A stretch of 63,889 bases of DNA, the filler included, from Octopus bimaculoides (taxonomy: Eukaryota): assembly GCF_001194135.2 (NCBI RefSeq). It is 5 parts of 4 records of this genome, joined end to end, with 100 filler letters (N's around TTAATTAATTAA, not from the genome) between each part and the next. Parts side by side here need not be neighbours in the genome. Positions count along the whole stretch, not along the records: positions 1 to 26,030 come from NC_069000.1; 4 more parts are not named here. The stretch is one strand, 5' to 3'. Under the pieces are notes generated by a model that searched no databases, had not been told where the DNA came from, and saw only the letters and a program-made list of their open reading frames with translations. Both the position numbers and the translations under genes were made by a program. Shown one piece after another: positions 1 to 13,064 of this stretch (its first letter is position 1; each line of letters begins with the position of its first letter).

Positions 1-232
1 ATATATGACTGTGTGTGAGCATATACATGTGGCTATGTATATGTGTGTGCATACGTACATAAAACTTTCACCGTCGTCTTCTGAAAAGCTATTGTTCTCA
101 AGTTGCTGGTTCCAATTTCTCGGCCAGATTAGATGAATAGTAGTTTCTTGGAAGAAAAATAAACGAATAGAGCTGCGAGTGGAGGAGAGAGAGCATTCAG
201 TTTTCAATTATTCCATTAATGTATAAATGGGT

Positions 233-239
233 GTGTATG

Positions 240-285
<46 letters not shown>

Positions 286-372
286 TGCGTATGTGTGTGT
301 GAGAGTTCGTTGCCCGTGTATATGCACGCTAAAATCGTTTATTCATTGACGCACACGCACGTACGCAACATG

Positions 373-412
<40 letters not shown>

Positions 413-690
413 CACACTCACTCACACACATACGCTCACGCATACGCACACGCATGTGTGCATGTCTGTGTTTGTGCTTGTGCGAGTATGTGTGTATTTT
501 GGATCGTGAAAGCCCGCAAAGACGACAACGGTATACACATTCGAACACGTTTCCATGTAAATTGTGTATGTATACATACCATATATATATATGTGTGTGG
601 GGGGGCATACATTTATATATATATATATATATATATATGCATATATGTATACATATATATGCGCGCGCAAGCACACACGCACATGGAAAC
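233..690. repeat. Compound (TG)n/(CA)n/(TA)n microsatellite block
   Basis: Dinucleotide runs are directly visible. They explain the [12 protein letters not shown] ORFs. Confidence 0.95.
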
Positions 691-750
691 TGAAATTGGA
701 CTTGCTGATGAAGCATATCAAAATTGACGAAACTATAACACTAGGACAAG

Positions 751-900
751 ACTGACTGATATTGTCGTTAAATGCCACCACTGTAGGCAAGACTGACGAC
801 CTGTACACTCATGGCAGATGCTGCTCTGCTAAGAAAAATGTGGTAACATTTTCCAAGCTCAGATCTATAGTCTCACGAGACTAACGGATACCTCCGATCT
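751..900 (+). mobile_element. 3' end fragment of an RTE-clade LINE
   Basis: Encodes KCHHCRQD...YTHGRCC, like the C-terminal Cys/His motif of RTE ORFs. It is followed by TCTATAGTCTCACGAGACTAACGGATACC, which resembles the RTE/BovB-type 3' tail (from memory). Confidence 0.5.
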
Positions 901-1011
901 CCGCTGTAAAATAAATATTTACGCACTAAAATGCGTCAAATTAATTTTAATTTTTTTCGTTGTAAATGGATACACACAAATGCTGTGTGTGTGTTTGTAT
1001 GTGTGCATGCA

Positions 1012-1048
<37 letters not shown>

Positions 1049-1414
1049 TTACTAACTATTCCGTGTAATATAAGCCAATGGTTCGTCCTGACATCTATCT
1101 TAGGTTTCAATTGACGCCTCTTGTAGAGTGCTAGATGAGAAGAGATTGTGTGCATCTCGCTCAGCTTTCGTCAGCCTCGTGGAGCCAAGAACCATTCGGT
1201 GTGGTCTCGCGCGACCCTGTTACAGTACAAGCTAACCGATTTTAGGGGAAGAGCGAAACGAAAACTTAGAAAGTAATCGATCTTTGCACGGCAATGGAGC
1301 TATATTTATGGATTCTGTAAAGNNNNNNNNNNNNNNNNNNNNNNNNNNNNNNNNNNNNNNNNNNNNNNNNNNNNNNNNNNNNNNNNNNNNNNNNNNNNNN
1401 NNNNNNNNNNNCGT

Positions 1415-1800
1415 GAAGGCGCAATGGCCCAGTGGTTGGGGCAGTGGACTCGCTGTGATAGGATCGCGGTTTCGATTCCCAGACCGGGCATTGTGAGTGT
1501 TTATTGAGCGAAAACACCTAAAGCTCCACGCAGCTCCGGCAGGGGATGGTGGCGAACCCTGCTGTACTCTTTCACCACACCTTTCTCTCACTCTTTCTTC
1601 CTGTCTGTTGTACCTGTATTTCTAAGGGCCAGCTTTGTCACACTCTGTGTCACGCTGAATCTCCCCGAGAACTACGTTAAGGGTACACGTGTCTGTGGAG
1701 TGCTCAGCCACTTGCATGTTAATTTCACGAGCAGGCTGTTCCGTTCATCGGATCAACTGGAACCTTCGACGTCGTAAGCGACGGAGTGCCAACAACAACA
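1415..1800 (+). mobile_element. tRNA-derived SINE (family C) with (AAC)n tail
   Basis: A-box TGGCCCAGTGG at 1425-1435, B-box GGTTTCGATTCC at 1468-1479, ~385 bp body, ends in CCAACAACAACA. Confidence 0.8.
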
Positions 1801-1829
1801 TTGGTGTGTGTGTTTGTGTGTGTGTGTGC

Positions 1830-1872
<43 letters not shown>

Positions 1873-2099
1873 TGTGCCTGTGTATAAGTGTGTGAGTGAG
1901 AGGTGCGCGCGGGTCTGCGGGTGTGTATGCTTTGGATTAAATTTAACTTATCAAGGAACTTTGGTTCTTATCACCAAAGATATGTATTGCCAGTTTATCA
2001 CTGATATACCATTGAGTAAGGACTTGATAAATAAACACACGTAGACAAACACACAAACACGGGACAATGATACACACACGCACATGCACACACACACAA

Positions 2100-2131
<32 letters not shown>

Positions 2132-2295
2132 GTATATTTGCAAACATATACATATGTATATATGCATGCTTATCTGTATGACTAATGTGACACCGTGAGA
2201 GACGAATAGGTAGCGAGCTGGAGAGCAAGACAGACTGATATACAATTTGATGTGTGGATAGGTGGATAGATAGAAAGACAGACAGACAAACAGCT

Positions 2296-2478
2296 AGTTT
2301 GACAACCGATTTTGGTGTGTTTACGTCCCCGTAACTTAGCGGTTTGGCAACAAGAGAACGACAGAATATGTACTAGGCTTAGAAAGAATAAATTCTGGGG
2401 TCGATTTGTTCGACTAAAGACGGTGCTCCAGCATGACTGCAGTCAAATGACTGAAACAAGTAGCAATAAAAGAATAGA
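2296..2478 (+). mobile_element. SINE family A, 3' half
   Basis: Matches the GTCCCCGTAACTTAGCGGTT...CAGTCAAATGACTGAAACAAG block that recurs many times in the window. Confidence 0.85.
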
Positions 2479-2486
2479 AGAATATA

Positions 2487-2519
<33 letters not shown>

Positions 2520-3310
2520 NNNNNNNNNNNNNNNNNNNNNNNNNNNNNNNNNNNNNNNNNNNNNNNNNNNNNNNNNNNNNNNNNNNNNNNNNNNNNNNNN
2601 NNNNNNNNNNNNNNNNNNNNNNNNNNNNNNNNNNNNNNNNNNNNNNNNNNNNNNNNNNNNNNNNNNNNNNNNNNNNNNNNNNNNNNNNNNNNNNNNNNNN
2701 NNNNNNNNNNNNNNNNNNNNNNNNNNNNNNNNNNNNNNNNNNNNNNNNNNNNNNNNNNNNNNNNNNNNNNNNNNNNNNNNNNNNNNNNNNNNNNNNNNNN
2801 NNNNNNNNNNNNNNNNNNNNNNNNNNNNNNNNNNNNNNNNNNNNNNNNNNNNNNNNNNNNNNNNNNNNNNNNNNNNNNNNNNNNNNNNNNNNNNNNNNNN
2901 NNNNNNNNNNNNNNNNNNNNNNNNNNNNNNNNNNNNNNNNNNNNNNNNNNNNNNNNNNNNNNNNNNNNNNNNNNNNNNNNNNNNNNNNNNNNNNNNNNNN
3001 NNNNNNNNNNNNNNNNNNNNNNNNNNNNNNNNNNNNNNNNNNNNNNNNNNNNNNNNNNNNNNNNNNNNNNNNNNNNNNNNNNNNNNNNNNNNNNNNNNNN
3101 NNNNNNNNNNNNNNNNNNNNNNNNNNNNNNNNNNNNNNNNNNNNNNNNNNNNNNNNNNNNNNNNNNNNNNNNNNNNNNNNNNNNNNNNNNNNNNNNNNNN
3201 NNNNNNNNNNNNNNNNNNNNNNNNNNNNNNNNNNNNNNNNNNNNNNNNNNNNNNNNNNNNNNNNNNNNNNNNNNNNNNNNNNNNNNNNNNNNNNNNNNNN
3301 NNNNNNNNNN

Positions 3311-3355
<45 letters not shown>

Positions 3356-3404
3356 CACACTCACACATATATATATATATGTATATACATTCATATTGTT
3401 AGAC

Positions 3405-3440
<36 letters not shown>

Positions 3441-4049
3441 TACGCATGTACACACACACAAACGAACACACGCGTTCACATATATACACACACAGACTCG
3501 CGCACACACGCACACACAAGACCGTATTTGTAAATAGATTATTGTTGGATGTTGTAAATTACGAACACATTTCTTCTAAGTCCATAGCTTTGTGCACCCG
3601 CGTAAGAAACCTATTCTAAAGTGCGACCTTTTTGACACTAAAGGGCGTATCGAATAATTTTGAAATACGGGTGTTGGGTACATCTTTGCGCAAACTCGTA
3701 CCGAGCTACAGTTACGTGGGTAGATTCGAACAAAAGATTGAATTAACGTAACCCTACCGCCTATCATAACGTAATTTTTCATTGTTGTAAAAGCATACAC
3801 ATAAACACGCACACACATACATACACATATGAGTGTGTATTGCGTATGTATCGCTATATAGGTAAAAAGAGAAGAGGAGGGGAAATGCATTTGTGTAGGA
3901 GTACTGAGGGGGCATAGAGAGAAGAAAGCGGAGGCGGGGGTGGAAAATTTTGGTGCGTTTGAAAATTGTCTCTAAAATACAAATACCCAAACGTACACAT
4001 ATGTAAACATAAGCACACATACATATACACACAAACACACAAACACATA

Positions 4050-4213
4050 GGCACAGACATGGCTGTGTGGTAAGAAGTTTGCTTTCTAACAACGTGGTCT
4101 GCAGGTTCAATACCATTGCGTGACACATTGGGCAAATGTCTTCATCTATAACCTCGGGGAGACCAAAGTATTGTGAGTGGATTAGCTAAACGGACACCAA
4201 AAGAAGCCCGCCA
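4050..4213 (+). mobile_element. SINE family A, 5' half (tRNA head plus CORE-like segment)
   Basis: Homologous to the head at 40949-41110. Runs into (TA)n and a gap. Confidence 0.8.
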
Positions 4214-4214
4214 G

Positions 4215-4247
<33 letters not shown>

Positions 4248-4698
4248 NNNNNNNNNNNNNNNNNNNNNNNNNNNNNNNNNNNNNNNNNNNNNNNNNNNNN
4301 NNNNNNNNNNNNNNNNNNNNNNNNNNNNNNNNNNNNNNNNNNNNNNNNNNNNNNNNNNNNNNNNNNNNNNNNNNNNNNNNNNNNNNNNNNNNNNNNNNNN
4401 NNNNNNNNNNNNNNNNNNNNNNNNNNNNNNNNNNNNNNNNNNNNNNNNNNNNNNNNNNNNNNNNNNNNNNNNNNNNNNNNNNNNNNNNNNNNNNNNNNNN
4501 NNNNNNNNNNNNNNNNNNNNNNNNNNNNNNNNNNNNNNNNNNNNNNNNNNNNNNNNNNNNNNNNNNNNNNNNNNNNNNNNNNNNNNNNNNNNNNNNNNNN
4601 NNNNNNNNNNNNNNNNNNNNNNNNNNNNNNNNNNNNNNNNNNNNNNNNNNNNNNNNNNNNNNNNNNNNNNNNNNNNNNNNNNNNNNNNNNNNNNNNNN

Positions 4699-4730
<32 letters not shown>

Positions 4731-4732
<2 letters not shown>

Positions 4733-4890
4733 GGCCCTATTTTCGATGTTTTTCAACAATCTGAGTATGCCATGAGATTTCTAGACATGAGTTCTAGTCA
4801 CGTGTCAAGTTTCATCAAAATCGATAAACGATGTAGCTAACAACGCCACAAACACACCCACCCACAGACAGAATTTCCTACATATGTAGC
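4731..4890 (+). mobile_element. Possible Helentron/HINE-like non-autonomous fragment
   Basis: GTGTCAAGTTTCATCAAAATCG followed by ACAAACACACCCACCCACAGACAG resembles HINE/DINE-1-type ends (from memory only). Confidence 0.35.
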
Positions 4891-6282
4891 AGATATATAT
4901 AGTCATTTAAGATGAGGTAGGATATATAATACCACTAGCTAAAATCAGAGCCATTGCTCCAAAAACCACCATAAAAATTACAATTAAGATACACACGAGC
5001 AATACAATGAACATTTCAGAAATAGGCTTACCTTTTCTTTGAATACATGAGTAACTAATACATATTTCAAAGCAAAGGCAAGCCTATTTCTTAAATGTTC
5101 ATTGCATTATTCGTGTGTATCTAAAACCGTAATTTTTATGGTGGTCTTATATATATTTATATTTTGTATATCTTTAATTTTAATTTAATTATAATTCAAA
5201 ATTATTACTGTGTCATATTAAACATATATCTTTCGGAAATTTGAATACTGATATCCTGTGAAAATTATTAATAATTTTATTAATTTTATTAATAATATAA
5301 ATATATATATATATATATCTATTTGCTCAAAGTAATAGAGCACTTAATATAAGTTTAGTAAAATATTCCTTTTGAATATTCTTTATATATTTTATATANN
5401 NNNNNNNNNNNNNNNNNNNNNNNNNNNNNNNNNNNNNNNNNNNNNNNNNNNNNNNNNNNNNNNNNNNNNNNNNNNNNNNNNNNNNNNNNNNNNNNNNNNN
5501 NNNNNNNNNNNNNNNNNNNNNNNNNNNNNNNNNNNNNNNNNNNNNNNNNNNNNNNNNNNNNNNNNNNNNNNNNNNNNNNNNNNNNNNNNNNNNNNNNNNN
5601 NNNNNNNNNNNNNNNNNNNNNNNNNNNNNNNNNNNNNNNNNNNNNNNNNNNNNNNNNNNNNNNNNNNNNNNNNNNNNNNNNNNNNNNNNNNNNNNNNNNN
5701 NNNNNNNNNNNNNNNNNNNNNNNNNNNNNNNNNNNNNNNNNNNNNNNNNNNNNNNNNNNNNNNNNNNNNNNNNNNNNNNNNNNNNNNNNNNNNNNNNNNN
5801 NNNNNNNNNNNNNNNNNNNNNNNNNNNNNNNNNNNNNNNNNNNNNNNNNNNNNNNNNNNNNNNNNNNNNNNNNNNNNNNNNNNNNNNNNNNNNNNNNNNN
5901 NNNNNNNNNNNNNNNNNNNNNNNATATATGTCTATATCAGTGTGTCTGTGTGTGCAAGTAGGTGTGTGTGTGCTGGTATGTGTGTGTGTGCTGGTATGTG
6001 TGTGTGTGTTTTTTATTAAGTTTTGTGGTTGTGTTATTGCTGTGAACGGGGGTAGTGATTTCAAACAAGATGATTGGCGGAAAAAAGGTGATAGTTCACC
6101 CCCGCCCTTTTATATCCAAAACATCGTTATATATAGCGCGTTAACTGTATACTTCAATGTTTATATCAACTTCTGTAGATATCTGTTGAATGTTTATATT
6201 TACGCACATACGTCAAAATAGAACTGCACTTAAAAACATGTACGGATGTTAATCACTATATTTGTGTGCACGCGTGTGTGTG

Positions 6283-6321
<39 letters not shown>

Positions 6322-6474
6322 ATTTGCGTGTGTGTAATGGCATATATACAGGCTGCGATGGGTCGCCATTTTATATTTTTAATTTCACGCATGCACATTG
6401 TTTCTGTTTTGTTTTTATCGACTACACAATACCGTAGGGTCCCTTGGGCACCCCCTGTGAGAAAAACAGCACCA

Positions 6475-6750
6475 TGTACTGCTTGACATTCGTGCCGGAA
6501 GCTCCAATACGAATATTGCAGAGTGTTTGGGTGTCAATCTAAACGCTCTGAGGACATGTACCGTGAATGATAAAAATCAAATTTCCAGTCAATATAATTG
6601 TGTTTGGAGTGATCACTAGTAATGGCGACGTTATGCCTCCATTCATCTTCCTACACGGCCTCAGACTCAACACAGAGGCCTACATCAAGTACCTGGACGA
6701 GGAAGTGCTGCCCTGGAGCAAGAGGTTGACTAATGGGAGTCGTACTTTAT
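6475..6750 (+). mobile_element. Internally deleted IS630-Tc1-mariner transposase fragment
   Basis: An N-terminal-like piece (DIRAGSSNTNIAECLGVN) is fused to KFPVNIIVFGVITSNGDVMPPFIFLHGLRLNTEAYIKYLDEEVLPW, which matches the segment between the first and second catalytic Asp of Tc1/mariner DDE domains. Confidence 0.75.
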
Positions 6751-7094
6751 TTTATCCAACCTGGAAGTAGTAAAGTTGAAGTCCATGCGCTAAAATAGCC
6801 TTTACATGCTATTATTTATAGATTATTGCGTGAGCCCCAAAATATAACATAAAACAATATTAAAATGATTAATGTTTCAAGTTGCGTAATGATTTATTGA
6901 AACATATGTTGAAATAATTGCTTTTAGATATCACTAATATCGTTTCCTGTTGTTGTGTCAAATGTATTATTCTCTGTTCATCCATTATAGTCCATTGCGT
7001 AGTTTAAGAAACATTTTAAAAGGATACATATTTTTACATATAAATTTTCGATGTATTACGTTGAATACTAATATTTATGATTTCATGTCATGCC

Positions 7095-7285
7095 TAAGCT
7101 AAGCTGCACATCATATCGTCGGACGAACGGGAACGAGAAACTTTGAGTAGCAATTTTTTGTGATATCTTTGTGAAATTTTTGCAGCTGTAATAATAAAGC
7201 ATATTACTCTACCTCCGGTATTCGAGTTTTATTTTCCCCCACTTTGTTTCACATTCATGTGCTTACTTTGATATATACATATATA
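7095..7285 (+). mobile_element. Interspersed repeat end abutting (TA)n, possibly Penelope-like
   Basis: AATAAAGCATATTACTCTACCTCCGGTATTCGAG...TATATA is recalled as a recurrent octopus repeat. There is no second copy in the window. Confidence 0.3.
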
Positions 7286-7882
7286 TAATGCGTCAGGCAA
7301 CACGAATAACTAAACCATAGATGTTACCCAAGGTTTAGTGGTTACACAACATTTCCTGTTATTGCATTTTCGATTTCAATGCAAGTAAGTCGAGATAGAA
7401 GGCCCGAAAGAGCAGTTATAATCACGCGAAAGCTAGCAAAACTCCCAACTTACGCATACTGGTGACGCTTAATGAATGGCAATATATTACTCTATATCTT
7501 TTGGGGGCACTATAATTATATAATACGATACATACATATGTGTGTGTGTGTGTGTATTCGTACATACATTTATGATATATTAATATACAAGTATAATACT
7601 ATATTCATATACAAATACACACATACACACACACACATACCCATACACACACACATTTTTTTAATATATTGGTATATTCTTGTGAATGACATAACCGACA
7701 AGGTATCGGACAAAGAACTTCGAGATATTTCGTTACACTCTGCGCTCAAATCCTGCCCATGTCTCATATGTCTTTTCTCTGACCGAAATCAGTAAATATT
7801 TATCGAAGTACCATGGTCGATATAATAGACTGACATTCTTCAAAGTACGTACATAAGGACTCTTCCTCCCTCTCTCTCTCTG

Positions 7883-7929
<47 letters not shown>

Positions 7930-8383
7930 AAAATCCAAGTTGCGTATACAACTGACATACATACAGAGATACAAAGATAAAAACATTCATATATATATAT
8001 ATATATANNNNNNNNNNNNNNNNNNNNNNNNNNNNNNNNNNNNNNNNNNNNNNNNNNNNNNNNNNNNNNNNNNNNNNNNNNNNNNNNNNNNNNNNNNNNN
8101 NNNNNNNNNNNNNNNNNNNNNNNNNNNNNNNNNNNNNNNNNNNNNNNNNNNNNNNNNNNNNNNNNNNNNNNNNNNNNNNNNNNNNNNNNNNNNNNNNNNN
8201 NNNNNNNNNNNNNNNNNNNNNNNNNNNNNNNNNNNNNNNNNNNNNNNNNNNNNNNNNNNNNNNNNNNNNNNNNNNNNNNNNNNNNNNNNNNATACATACA
8301 CACATTTATATATCTATCTATCTATATATATATATATATATATACACATACATACTTTCACCAATACACATACATGCATTCAT

Positions 8384-8425
<42 letters not shown>

Positions 8426-8743
8426 ACACACACACATGCATGTGTATGTATAATTGCGTGTGTTATAAGTTGTGTCTCATTAATTAGCATTAATTAAATT
8501 AAAAACTAATCAGTAATTTTATGTTGTCATCCGGTAAAGTTTGCCACAGGATACTTCCAAACTTAGAGAATCTTCATCTTATTTCCCGTTTCGGTATGGA
8601 AAAAAAAACTACCAAAATCTACATACTATACTGAAGATGGAAGGAATAAACAAATATCAGATTATAGCATAAAACCGATATCACATGGCGATGGGGAATA
8701 TCGTTTGCAGGGGTAAATCTCATGCGTAACGCACTGAGCTTTT

Positions 8744-9630
8744 CGATATTCTAATCAATAAGTACCCGGACTGTTGCCATTGTAACGAAGCTAAAGCACG
8801 CAGAGTAAAGCTGCTTGGCACAGATTGATCTTGAACTCTACTGTGCATACGCACTAAGTTTTAAAGTTGTAGCCCACTTCCGCAGTTTCGAGCAGTTCTT
8901 GGAAGGAAGATGTGTAGCGTGTGATCGTCGCATTGACCATTACGAAGTTGTTATGGCGATACCTGCTCAGAGGCCTACGAAAAGTTGCAGAAAATGTATG
9001 AAGAGGAGTGGATGAGCCGCGCACAAGTGTACGAGCGGTTCAGATGTTGTCAAGATGGCCGAAAAATATCGATATTCACGAACGTTCTGGGAGATCCGCA
9101 AACAGCAGAACTGAGAAAAATATCGCAGATGTGCGTGCAGCTGTGAGGGGAATCGTCGAATCACAATCCGTGAATTATCAGAGGGTGTGCAGATTAGTTA
9201 CGGTTCAGTTCAGTCCATTATCACTGAAGTTTTAGGTATGAGACGCGTGTCTGCCAAGTTTGTACGAAAACTGCTTTCAATTGACCAAAATGACACTCGG
9301 GTTTCAATTGCACAAGATCTTGATCGCGTCGAGAACGATGGAAATATTTTAAAGACTTTGCCTAAACCTCTGAGCAGGTATCGCCTAGTTTTTGGCAAAA
9401 TTTGATGCAGATTCTCTGCCCAACTTTCTCTATCATGGTCAATGCGACGGTCACACGCTACACACCATCCTTTCAAGTACTCATGTAGACAGCAAACGTG
9501 AGCTAGAACGTTAAAACTTAGTGTGCATATACAGGGGAGTTCAATATAAATTTGTGCCAAGTGGTTTTACTCTGCGTCCTTTAGCTTCGTTACTATAGTA
9601 ACAGTCCGTATACTTATTGATCAGACCATG
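8744..9630. mobile_element. Mariner derivative made of two 5' arms facing each other
   Basis: Mariner-type TIR (CATGGTCTGATCAATAAGTATACGGACTG on the minus strand, with flanking TA at 9631-9632; the left TIR is degenerate). About 200 bp inverted repeats. The + arm encodes the HTH region (ERSGR..., ISYGSVQSIITEVLGMRRVSAKFV). The - arm encodes the start MIEKVGQRICIKFCQKLGDTCSE. Confidence 0.85.
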
Positions 9631-9842
9631 TACACGTACAGAAGTTCATATTGGCAAATTCGAAATATACACAGAAATGTACACAAGAAATTACACTTTC
9701 GTACGAAATAGGCCTACACACAAACGGGTTCAGTTCGTAAGAAACGAAGAATATATACACTCGCATTTTAGCGGTTTTATGGACATACAATCAATAAGTT
9801 AGATATTGTGGCTTCTTTGTAGCCGCTCGAATAACTTTTACC

Positions 9843-10053
9843 TTTTATTTGTTTCTGACATTAGACTGCGGCCATGCTGGGGCACCACCTTCAAGAATTT
9901 TTAGTCGAACGAATCGACGTCAATACTTATTTTTCTTGTGTACAGCCTAGTACTTATTCTATCAATCTCTTTTGCCGAACCGCTAGGTTTACGAGGACGT
10001 AGGAACACCACTTATCAAGCGCTGGGACACAGACACGAAAGCACACACGCACG

Positions 10054-10094
<41 letters not shown>

Positions 10095-10185
10095 NNNNNN
10101 NNNNNNNNNNNNNNNNNNNNNNNNNNNNNNNNNNNNNNNNNNNNNNNNNNNNNNNNNNNNNNNNNNNNGAAAGCACACACGCACG

Positions 10186-10239
<54 letters not shown>

Positions 10240-10428
10240 CACGCACACACAAACACACACACACACATAGGAGAGGCTTCTTTCAGTTTCTGCTTAACAA
10301 ATCTACTCACAAGATTTTAAACTGTGGCTATTGTAGAAAAACGCTTGCCAAAGATGCCACGAAGTGGAGCTGAATCCAGAACCATGTAGTCGGAAAGGAA
10401 ACGTCTTACCACACAGCCACGCCTGCGC
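9843..10428 (-). mobile_element. SINE family A, full length with internal (CA)n
   Basis: Both halves match the other copies. The internal microsatellite contains a gap. Confidence 0.85.
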
Positions 10429-10796
10429 TTATGACAGAAATATCAGCTAAATTCCCCTCAAATTACAACCTAATACACCCTACTGTGATAACTAAGGATA
10501 TATTCCGTTACGTAGAGGGCATATACATATATATCCTGATGCCTGCTGTGTAAAGGAAAGTCGTGTTTATATAAACCAACGGCGGTGCATCTATGTTGTC
10601 GTTCGACCTGGTTTCAGTCATTTGAATGTGGCCAAGCTGGAGCACTGCCTTCAGCCAGTATATAGCCGATTATATTAGTATCAATGCCTTTGGATTGCCG
10701 CGACTTGTTTTATTGATGTCTGAAAAGTGAGACGCAAAGTCAATGTGTGCGGGATTTAAACTTACAATGTCGAGAGACGTAAACAAATAACAAAAC

Positions 10797-10828
<32 letters not shown>

Positions 10829-11024
10829 NNNNNNNNNNNNNNNNNNNNNNNNNNNNNNNNNNNNNNNNNNNNNNNNNNNNNNNNNNNNNNNNNNNNNNNN
10901 NNNNNNNNNNNNNNNNNNNNNNNNNNNNNNNNNNNNNNNNNNNNNNNNNNNNNNNNNNNNNNNNNNNNNNNNNNNNNNNNNNNNNNNNNNNNNNNNNNNN
11001 NNNNNNNNNNNNNNNNNNNNNNNN

Positions 11025-11107
11025 TCAGTTTTCGTCAACCAAATCCACTGACATGGCTTTGGTCAGCTCAAGGCTATAGTAGAAGACACTTGCCCAAGAT
11101 GCCACGC
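11025..11107 (-). mobile_element. SINE family A, 5' fragment
   Basis: GGCTATAGTAGAAGACACTTGCCCAAG core, adjacent to a gap and (TA)n. Confidence 0.75.
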
Positions 11108-11719
11108 ATGTCTGCGTTAGTCAAGCGCGGGTTCGGTGATTTCTCCATCGTCGAATTATTCGCCCTTACCATCGTCTCTAAACTGAATTTGAGCTCAGAT
11201 TGCAAAGAGCCAAACTAGATACTACAACCCATTTGCCACGACACACCAACAATCTCGCTAATCCAGTTTTCACGATTATATCTTTATTTATCTTATCTGA
11301 AATGATGAAAGCCAAATCTGACCCACTCTCAATATTTCGTTCTTTTGTTATTTTTTTGTTTTTTTGTGTTTATTACTTCTAACTCAGCAAAATATAGCTT
11401 GAAAGATATTTAGCTGCTATTTCTACCAGGTGAAACGACCTTTCTTACCCATCTGCATTGGCCAGTCAATGCGTGTAGTCAAATACGCAAATATAACACC
11501 TTGATGTTGTCATTCTCAGCTGTTCACTGTACAATAGTTAATTGATAATAGTTAACACATGCAGTTAACGCAGAGAATGTACAAGTTTCATTTTTAATAT
11601 ATTTAAACGTTGAAATTATGTTCCAATGCTTTCTCTAATCATACTTCAACGATTCAGAATAGAGGAAATATAGAAACAAAAAAGAAAAACAATCCAAGAT
11701 TGAAAATTCAAAGAATTTA

Positions 11720-12730
11720 GTAGTGGTGGTGGCGGCAGTGGTGGCAGTGGTGGTGGTGGTGGTGGTGGTGGTGGTGGTGGTGGTGATGTTGCGCTGGTAG
11801 CAGCAGGGGNNNNNNNNNNNNNNNNNNNNNNNNNNNNNNNNNNNNNNNNNNNNNNNNNNNNNNNNNNNNNNNNNNNNNNNNNNNNNNNNNNNNNNNNNNN
11901 NNNNNNNNNNNNNNNNNNNNNNNNNNNNNNNNNNNNNNNNNNNNNNNNNNNNNNNNNNNNNNNNNNNNNNNNNNNNNNNNNNNNNNNNNNNNNNNNNNNN
12001 NNNNNNNNNNNNNNNNNNNNNNNNNNNNNNNNNNNNNNNNNNNNNNNNNNNNNNNNNNNNNNNNNNNNNNNNNNNNNNNNNNNNNNNNNNNNNNNNNNNN
12101 NNNNNNNNNNNNNNNNNNNNNNNNNNNNNNNNNNNNNNNNNNNNNNNNNNNNNNNNNNNNNNNNNNNNNNNNNNNNNNNNNNNNNNNNNNNNNNNNNNNN
12201 NNNNNNNNNNNNNNNNNNNNNNNNNNNNNNNNNNNNNNNNNNNNNNNNNNNNNNNNNNNNNNNNNNNNNNNNNNNNNNNNNNNNNNNNNNNNNNNNNNNN
12301 NNNNNNNNNNNNNNNNNNNNNNNNNNNNNNNNNNNNNNNNNNNNNNNNNNNNNNNNNNNNNNNNNNNNNNNNNNNNNNNNNNNNNNNNNNNNNNNNNNNN
12401 NNNNNNNNNNNNNNNNNNNNNNNNNNNNNNNNNNNNNNNNNNNNNNNNNNNNNNNNNNNNNNNNNNNNNNNNNNNNNNNNNNNNNNNNNNNNNNNNNNNN
12501 NNNNNNNNNNNNNNNNGGTGGTGGTGGTGGTGGTGGTAGTGATGGTGGTGGTGGTGGTGATGGTGATGGTGATGGTGGTGGTGGTGGTGGTGGTGATGGT
12601 GGTGGTGGTGGTGGTGGTGATGGTGATGGTGGTGGTGGTGGTGGTGGTAGTGATGGTGGTGGTGATGGTGATGGTGATGATGGTGGCTGTGGTTGTCGTG
12701 GTAGTTCTGGAATTCGTTCTGGTCGTTGTC
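11720..12730. repeat. (GGT/GAT)n trinucleotide low-complexity block spanning a gap
   Basis: Directly visible. Gives the poly-T/H/V ORFs. Confidence 0.9.
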
Positions 12731-12997
12731 GTCATCGTCTTCCACCTTGTTTAGCCCCAGGTCAACTGCCCCCTACTTATTATTGAAGGCATTTCCGCTG
12801 TGACATAAGGTCAACCTTTTTAGAAGTAAGCACAATGATACTCCTTAAATGGGGGTACTCTTTTTAAAGACAAAATGGCAGCTTTTGTTAATCTGAGGGA
12901 GATTTGTCTGCTATTTCTGACAGATCGACGAACTCCGAAGATGACGGAGGATGGTTAACTGCTCTGATTGCTAATGTTTCTGTAATCTGTCATATTT

Positions 12998-13000
12998 AGC

Positions 13001-13064
<64 letters not shown>

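Noticed and set aside
247-693. ORFs rich in [20 protein letters not shown] or YLSI throughout the track
   Set aside because: They are translations of di- and tetranucleotide microsatellites.
2312-3619. Long ORFs spanning N runs (also 11635-12745, 13247-14530, 35519-36295, 36851-37824, 38411-39571 and others)
   Set aside because: Their length comes from X residues in assembly gaps.
11717-12745. Poly-His / poly-Thr protein
   Set aside because: It is a trinucleotide repeat open in several frames, with no unique coding flank or splice context.
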